Below, one piece after another: positions 56,482-64,000 of a DNA stretch of 64,000 nt (position 1 is the first letter of the stretch; each line of letters begins with the position of its first letter). The stretch lies in contig NW_026928871.1 of the NCBI RefSeq assembly GCF_032062105.1, forward strand, positions 1 through 64,000, given 5' to 3'. Below the pieces are notes generated by a model that saw nothing but the letters and a program-made list of their open reading frames with translations, was not told where the DNA came from and did not search any database. The position numbers were made by a program, and so were the translations under genes. This stretch comes from Saccostrea cucullata (lineage: Eukaryota).

Positions 56482-59322
56482 ATGGCTACCGATGATAAAA
56501 CAAAGCTGATCTTGCATGTGGACCATTTGTACAAGATCAAATTATTTCATTGCCATGAGCATAATTGTTGTGAAGGAAATTTAGACCAATTTCTAACTGG
56601 AAAAGGTTAGTATTTTCTTAGATTAGGTTTTTCATCTAACATTTAAAACTCTGGAAAAAGATTTTTTAGATCACCTGATCTGAAAACAGTAAACTTGAGT
56701 GAGCTTTTCTGATCACCCTTTGTCTGGCATCCATCTAACCATTAATTGGTAAACACTCCAAAGTTGTGTGGATTTAATTTTTATTTCAAGTAGTAGATCC
56801 TAGGGGAAATAATTCTCCTCCATAACTGAAAAGTCACTGCAGTCATATTGATTCAACCCCATGTTGTGTTGATTAAATTCAGAAACCTCATAAAGCATAA
56901 TCGGGGTTCAAAATTTTTCATTAGAATGTAGTAATCTCAAATCTGAGGAGGAAGAGCAAAGCTAACTTTGCTAAGATGAATGTTGTGGCCCATGAGCCTC
57001 TCTTTTGAGAATAAATATAAGGTAGCCAGGTCAGGTGATAGAACATTATAAAAACTAGATGTGTTTGTGAAACACTATGCGCCTGGTGGTAACAATGCTC
57101 AAAAAAACTATTTTTAGCAGATAAGTCACAGTCAAGGTCACAAGGTCATGACCTGTATTAGTGGAGTATGCATACCAAATATGAAGTCTCTATCTCTCTT
57201 GGTTCAAAAGTTATGACGAAAGTTCTAAACAGCTGTTTTTAGTATATAGATAACAGTCAAAGTCACACCTTGGTGTCATTTGAAAGAGCTTTATCAGTGG
57301 AATATGCATAACAAATATGAAGTCTCTATCTCTCATGGTTCAAAAGTTATGGAGAAAGTTTGAAAAGGCTATTTTTAGCATTTAGGTCACAGTCAAGGTC
57401 ACAAGGTCATTGACCTTGGTGTCATTTAAAAGACCTTCATTGGTGAAGTATGCATACCATATGAAGTCTCTATCTCTCATGGTTCAAAATTTATGGAGAA
57501 AGTTCGAAAAGGCTATTTTTAGCATTTAGGTCACAGTCAAGGTCACAAGGTCATTGACCTTGGTGTCATTTAAAAGACCTTCATTGGTGAAGTATGCATA
57601 CCATATGAACTATCTCTCATGGTTCAAAAGTTATGGTGAAGGTTCAAGTTGACAACAGACAAACAGATAAACAGACAGGACAAAAACAATATACGCCTCG
57701 GATCTATAGATCCGGGCGCATAAAAACTGGTCTTAGTTGTAAGTTCTTGCATAAAATAAGCCCTTGGTTGAAGAACATTAAAAATTATCTAGACTTATTT
57801 TTAGTCTTTTGGTAAATATCGGTATTCATTTTTTTTTCCAGAAACTGCAGAAGACATTGACAAAGTACTAAGAGGATTAATATACCTGTCTCAGCGAAAT
57901 CAAATTCTGAAGACGGTTTGCAGCGAATATTTTGTTGTGACCTTTAACAGAAAACCTTGGAAAATTTCTCAAAAAATAACATTTAGGAAGAATGGAAAAG
58001 CACTGAAGGTATATCCTTTCTTATTTGAAGTAACTTTGACTTGTAAGAAAAGCTACCTGAAAGTAAAGGAGAAAGAAACAGAGCATTGTTTATCAGAAGA
58101 TAATAAAACAACTCAAAAATCCAGCACAAGAAGTTCAAGGAGGGTCCAAAGTAGAAGCAGTCAGCTGTCACAGGAGCAAACCCAGAAGGAGGAGGCAAGA
58201 AGTCAGAATGACACACGATATTCATCAATATTACGGAAACGAAAAAAGCCACTCAGATGCATTCCATCTCGCCAGTGGAAACCAAAGAGAAATCTAAGAC
58301 AGAGGTCCCATGAAGATAGAGTTTCTGAATTGAGCATTGATCAGAATGTCACCTCATCTTCTGAGGATGAAAATGAAGATTCTGATACTGAAAAGCATCA
58401 CCCCAGAAAAAAAGCAAGAAGGGGTACCAAGAAACCAAGTGTTGAACAGAATTTGACCTCTTCAAATTCTGAGGATGATCACAGCAATTCTGACAAAGGA
58501 AGTGAAAATGATCCCTCAAGAAAAAGGAGAAAAAGGGCAAAAAGGAAACCAGAATCAAAAGGAGACTGGCTGAATGAAACTAGATTCATTGTTGTACAAT
58601 CACCAGAAACTCGCCTTAATACCTCCGGAGACATCCCTCTTAATGTGCTCACAGAAATGTCCGCCAAGAAAAGAAACCGAGGAAATGAGAGTGTTCTAGA
58701 AAAAACGTACACTGGGAAAGGTGACAAGTCAGTGCATATGGGCAAGTCTTTCCACACAACATTAAATGTTGTGGAAGAGGAAGATGGGCAAGTTGCAGAT
58801 ATAATGGGCACAGCAATGAAAAAGCCTAAAAAGAGCATTAACACAACTGTAAATGTGTCTGTTCTGGAACAGTCCTGCAGACAGAAGAAAGGACTTAACT
58901 TGTACAAGGGCACTGATGCCCCTCTTCTGAATCTGCCAAGTTTGGAAAGTTCTCTTGTTGATCCACCCAATGATGTGACGCAGCAATTAAACTTCAAAGA
59001 CTCATTTCTCAGTCCACAAGTGGATTTAGGTTTAAAAGATCAGAGGAAAAATATGAATTCATCTTTTACACCCTTGAGCAGGTTTAACAGAATCAATGAA
59101 GAGGATGCAAGTAGAAATAAAAGTGTCAACTTCCCTGTCAAAGACAGACATTTAATTGAAAGAGAAGAAATTGCGGAGGACATTAAACTCCAGGAGATGT
59201 CAAAACCTGATTCTGGTAATAAGAAATCAGGTGCAGGAAGACTGAGCTTCGGGAAGAATCTGTGGGAGACGTTGGACACTTATTTTATCTCCCCTGTCAA
59301 ATCTATATTTGAAGGAAAATAG
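56482..59322 (+). CDS. Uncharacterised probably nuclear protein, 534 aa; exons 56482-56605 and 57842-59322
   Basis: ATG exon with AAG|GTTAGT donor joins in phase 1 to a TTTTTCCAG acceptor and a 1.48-kb open frame. Compact N-terminal domain, then a K/R/S/E-rich disordered region with NLS-like clusters; AATAAA at about 59728. Confidence 0.8.
56665..57004 (+). mobile_element. Degenerate short HINE
   Basis: TTTTAGATCACCTGA...GTGAGCTTTTCTGATCAC and 3' GGCCCATGAGCCTCT. Confidence 0.6.
57053..57726 (-). mobile_element. HINE-like element with ~143-bp tandem units
   Basis: AACTAGATGTGTTTGTGAAACAC start, four ATATGAAGTCTCTATCTCTC-type units, GACA microsatellite, CGGATCTATAGATCCG palindrome. Confidence 0.85.
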
Positions 59323-60178
59323 AGGCTGAAAATTGGCATACTGCATGATATTTGATGTTTTAATGGATGAACTTGTTTTCTACAAACAAATACAATGTAG
59401 TGACAAGGATTTTTATGTATAGTTTTATATCAAATACTTGAACACTTTGAAATGCCAGGAGACATGTATAGTATGGTTGACTGAAACCCTACCAAAAATC
59501 TTGTGATTAATGTCATGAATGGTCAGAAACTTGGCACATGAATTTTATCTTTTTGGCATACACTTTTCTGTGTTATTTGAAGGCCACTCCAAGTACATTA
59601 AATGTATATGTACGGTATTTTTCTATGTTCAGTATCCAACTTTTTCAAAAACCTTCCTATCTATTTGCAAAAAAAACGTTTCAAAAAGTAAAGCACTGAG
59701 TTTATAGTCATGAAAATAATGTCATTCAATAAATTTGATTTCATAAAATGTATTTTTTGCCTATAAACTATTCTTTAATTAATAGCAAAGTCAAGGTATT
59801 TCATATGTACAATATACCGGTACCTAATATGATATATTGTAAACATATCATTAGAAAAAAATGACAGAATTTAAAGATTTGAACCAGAATAATCAATTTT
59901 TGAACATTGTTGGACTTTAATATGATTTTGTTTGTTTTCTTGATATTGGATGTCAAAAACCAAAGAGCTTATAGATGCTAAACATAGAAAAAAAAAAACT
60001 TGGAATGGTGTAGATGAGAGACATTTTAAGACTACCTGGTAATAAAAAGTGGACCTTTACTTTTTAGAAATAATATAATTACTTTGAAATTTTTATATCT
60101 TACACATTGAAGTTTTATGTATAAATGTGGAATCTCTAACAAAATCTTTTCTCTTTTTTATGAGGGAACTTGGTCACT

Positions 60179-60870
60179 TTTCAGCTCACCTGAGCTGAAA
60201 GCTGAAGTGAGCTTTTGTGATCACCATTTGTCCATTGTCCACTCCAAACCTCTAGCTGTCTGTCCGTCCATCTGTAAACTTTTCACATTTTCAACTCTTC
60301 TCAAGAACCTATGGGGCAATTTTAACCAAACTTGGGACAAACCATCCTTGGGTAAAGAGGAGTTTAAGAGTCGTTCTCTGTAAGCATCAAAATGGGCTGG
60401 AAATTGATTGTCATGGATTTTGTTGAAATTTGATGAAATAATTACCCCATTTTACAAAAATACTATTGGAAGTAATCAATTGGTCCTGTTTCCATGGCAA
60501 CAAGTCACCTATTTTCGCTCAACTGTTAAAATGAAGGGCCAAGTCCCCTTACAAGGGGAGATACCAGGTAATCAAGAAAAGACCAAAATAGGATGGGGTC
60601 ATTAAAAATCTTCTCAAGAACTACTGGGCCAGAAGAGCTGAAACTTATGCAGAAGCATCCTGGGGTAGAGTAGATTCAAAATTGTTCAAATCACGACCCC
60701 TGGGGGTAAGGCAGTGTGACAATAGGGAATCTAAGTTTTACATTGAAATGTATAGGAAAAATCTTCTTCTCAAGAACCACTGGGCTAGAAAAGCTGAAAT
60801 TTATATGGAAGTATCCCGAGTAGTGTAGATTCTAAATGACCCACAGGGGTAGGGTTGGGCCATAATAGGG
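60179..60870 (+). mobile_element. Degenerate HINE with Cg170-like units
   Basis: AGCTCACCTGAGCTGAAAGCT.AAGTGAGC start and TCTTCTCAAGAACCACTGGGC..GTAGTGTAGATTC units. Confidence 0.8.
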
Positions 60871-61946
60871 ATATTTAATATCAAATCCCTAATTTTTAAT
60901 GGTCACATGATACCCTTCATCCATATTTACATCCTATGCAAATTAATAAACTATGGTTCACATTATATTTCCTTGCAGATACGAGTGAATACACGAAATT
61001 ACATATCCCATGATCTCTGTAAAATTTAAGCAATCCATGAAAATTTTAACGATTCCACAGTAGTTGTAGCATATGGACAGACAGACCCAAGTTAAAGTGA
61101 TCTTGGCAAGAGTATTCAGAATGTGATGATTGCACAAAGTTATATGCATAAATAAAGTTCACTTAATAGATATTTTTTTCTTAAACATTAAGTATATTAA
61201 ATATTGCATTAGTTGAGGGCAACACTGAAAATTTTCACCACTCTAAAACCATTATCAACCTATGCTGTGCATCATATGACAAAGATTTTCTTGTGAGTGA
61301 AAATATGTAATGCTACCCTCAACAACATGGAATATTTATATATATATTGTCATTAGCTTCACAATTTTAAAATCAAAGCCATTTTAAATAGGTTAAAACT
61401 TTTTAATATTGCAACAAAAAATTGGCAAGCACAAGTGTATATGATAAAAACAATGTTTAGTTTTCATCACATAGAAAATATTAAATAATACATCCAAATT
61501 GTTAATGAAAACATATCTGGATCCACGGGCATGTTTTGATATACATGTATAACTGGCAGTATATTAGCATTACCCCTTATTTAACCTGGTAAATGATATT
61601 CTAATATTGCTGTACTTAGTCCTTTCACATTAACTGAAACACTAACCAGGTTCTCTTTTGCAGGGCAAACTAATAATTTAAGTTGTTTTCATTTCGCATA
61701 TAATCAAAGAACATTTATATCATTTTACCAAAATATATCATTTTGTCCAGCAAAAGAGCAGTACTACAGTTATATAATGGTTATTGTGAAACAGTTTACA
61801 GCTACAAGCATTATTCTTAAAGTTTTGAGATCATTGAGACAGAAATTCCAGACATTTTTTTTCTTTGTTGAAAGACATTCGGTTTTGTTGTCACATTAAA
61901 GTGGTGGATTTAAGTTGAAGTTGATCCTATACAACTCTAAAGTCTG

Positions 61947-63692
61947 CTAGTGATATGTGGAGAAATTAATAGCAGATTTGGATTTTCTCATGCCCTGCAT
62001 GCTTTCTTTTAACTCTTGACAAAACTGTTTCCTTTCAGTGTCCTTTTGAAAGTTTTTCTCAATATGAACATCAAATAAGTGTTCCATATCACTCTAAAAA
62101 AAAATAAAACATCATCAACTGAAAAATAATTTTACCTAAATCAATCCATATTTCAAATACTTGTAAAATACTTGGTGAAAAATCCTGATTAAATTTACCT
62201 ACCTGCCATTGTTCTAGTTCCTGACTTAATGCCATTTTTTGCTGCATGGTCTCCATTAATTGATCTTTTAAATTCAATAATTCAAATCTGGATTCTGTCA
62301 ATTCTATTTCCATTTTATTTTTTCTGAAAGGAAAATTAAAAATCAAATACCATAATTTAATGTTTTGTATCCATATCATCTAAAAATCTGAAAGGACCTG
62401 GGGACATTAAATAATGGGATTTATTACATTTTTACCCGTGAAATACTGTAATTTATTCATTGAATAAAAATGATATCCTGTCACACTGTGAAAGGATATC
62501 AAAATGATATCCTGTCACAGTGCACATGACGAATATCAGAAGTGCGGGAAAACTCTCGATTTCACTTCCCATAACGAAGATTGCTGTAAAGAAAATCTCC
62601 CTTGATCTAATATAAAATAGATGGAAATAAATAAACCATTCTGACAACGAATAAAACTGTCAAAATTACCAATCATTTGTTGCTAAATCCATGTTTACAG
62701 TGTTTTCACCTCACATAGCTATGACGTCTCAACCGCTCAACTATGACGTCACGAGTCTATGACTGTATTACAAAAATACAGAGAGAAAGGAAAAATCGAA
62801 AAAAAAAATTTTTTAAATGTAATAAACAGAAAATTCAATGTGTTGTAGTTGAATATGGAATTTATTTCACTCGTGAGACGGGATTTTTGATATTTTCACT
62901 CGTGCTTCGCACTCGTGAAAATATAAAAAATCCTGTCCCACTCATGAAATAAATTGCATATTCAACTACAAAACATTGAATATCCTCTATATGTTCCGTA
63001 ATTTAGAAACCCCAATCAATGCTAGCTATCTTAATGTGCCAGTTCATGTTTTTGTCTCACATACTTTTCTATTGCAAAGTCCCTTTCCTGTCGAGCTTGT
63101 TGGATGATTTCGTGCTCGGTCATCTGACCCTTTGTCAACAGTGCAGTGTGTAGGAGGTCCCGCTGATGCTGACCAGCAGAAAATTCCTCGTGCTGAAGTG
63201 TCAACTGGAAAAGTCATATCACGTATTAAATCTGAAGACAAACAGTATGTACAATTCATAGTTTCAAAATTTTTAAATATTACATTGGAATGCAACTTAA
63301 CCATAAGTGTTTGAGTCTGTACCTTAAAAGATTACAGCTTGAAGGCATAAACTGCATGTAAAAGCATACAAGACTAAGGGGAACTATCTTCCTTTAATGA
63401 CACATTTTTTAACTACAGTAAACTTGAAATTTATTCAGGAAACTTAATTTCATTCTGGCTAGAGGAAAAGCCAGCAGTAACATACATGAGGGCAAAGAAA
63501 AAATTTAAATGGCTTAGAAATGAAATGAAAAAGCAAGCCCTGAAATTAAAACACAGCAAATTAATCTGAGTACAATAAAGATGCTACTTGTATGTTTAAT
63601 ATGCTTTTTTTGACTATAATTTCCTCCATTTTAATCAAACAGAAAAGGAGAACAACAAATAGAGGGTGAATGCTTACCTCTAAGATAGAGAC
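61947..63692 (-). CDS. BICDL1: Bicaudal D-related protein, 3' part; exons 63692-63678 (candidate microexon), 63204-63065, 62323-62203, 62093-61947; 5' exons lie beyond the window
   Basis: QARQERDFAIEKKNKMEIELTESRFELLNLKDQLMETMQQKMALSQELEQWQSDM matches the BICDR C-terminal Rab-binding coiled coil (RD.AI.KKN..E.EL....QQK..LSQ.LE.WQ.DM). GT-AG introns in phase. Confidence 0.85.
62420..62992. mobile_element. Crypton-like element: IR pair plus 170-bp palindrome, in BICDL intron
   Basis: TTTATTACATTT (62420) pairs with AAATGTAATAAA (62815); palindrome 62821-62990 with apex GCTTCGC (62904-62910). Confidence 0.7.
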
Positions 63693-63764
63693 CTATGACA
63701 ACAAAAAAGACCAGGAAAATCCTAAATTGCACATGACCAATGAGAAACAACTAACTACATTGTA

Positions 63765-64000
63765 CGAAGGTTGTCCAAAAAGTTCGTGGACAATGAAGTT
63801 TTTGTCAAAATAAATGGTTCTATATGCATCTATTGTACCTCAAAATATTTCTTATGAAAAACCAAGTCAGAATGGTTTAATTTTTATTGATGGAATGTAA
63901 TATTTTTGTAAAAATCGGGTCTTTAAAGATCGCAGATTGTGCGCACGAACCAGTCTGACTTTTAGCTAATTTCATTATAAAGTCAAAATTTGGATTTTGA
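63765..64000 (+). mobile_element. Left end of a mariner-like element related to 37299-38372
   Basis: TA-CGAAGGTTGTCCAAAAAGTTCGTGGA resembles the TIR at 37299; runs off the window. Confidence 0.7.

Noticed and set aside
57983-59279. Minus-strand ORFs up to 172 aa
   Set aside because: Antisense shadows of the plus-strand 57842-59322 exon.
63044-63304. ORF-track frame for the 63-kb exon
   Set aside because: Wrong frame; the BICDR-like frame starts at the 63204 acceptor.

Overview
AT-rich, intron-rich animal genomic DNA, most likely a bivalve and probably an oyster (inferred from a 166-bp Cg170-like satellite inside Helentron-type elements). It is not prokaryotic: no operons, CRISPR arrays or rRNA. 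I assembled eight spliced protein-coding genes by hand from GT-AG sites and reading-frame phase: PAGR1 (+), a secreted two-domain Kazal protein (-), an NWD2-like DUF4062-NACHT-WD40 protein (-), SH3BGRL-like (+), SLC25A11 (+), VPS37-like (-), an uncharacterised 534-aa basic/acidic protein (+), and the 3' end of BICDL1/BICDR (-). Introns and intergenic DNA are crowded with non-autonomous transposons: HINE/Helentron-like elements carrying satellite arrays (one nested in another), CAGG-ended MITEs with 5-bp TSDs, hAT-, mariner- and Kolobok-like elements, a foldback element with minisatellite arms, long palindromic Crypton-like elements, Penelope-like fragments and a tRNA-derived sequence. The most notable observations are a divergent NACHT-WD40 STAND protein ending in a CaaX box, a shared architecture among unrelated palindromic elements with GCGAAGC-type apices, tandem duplications of splice sites, a candidate 15-nt microexon, and a probable sense-antisense overlap between PAGR1 and the Kazal gene. 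I cannot demonstrate a wholly new biological system from sequence alone. Family assignments rest on remembered motifs, not database searches.
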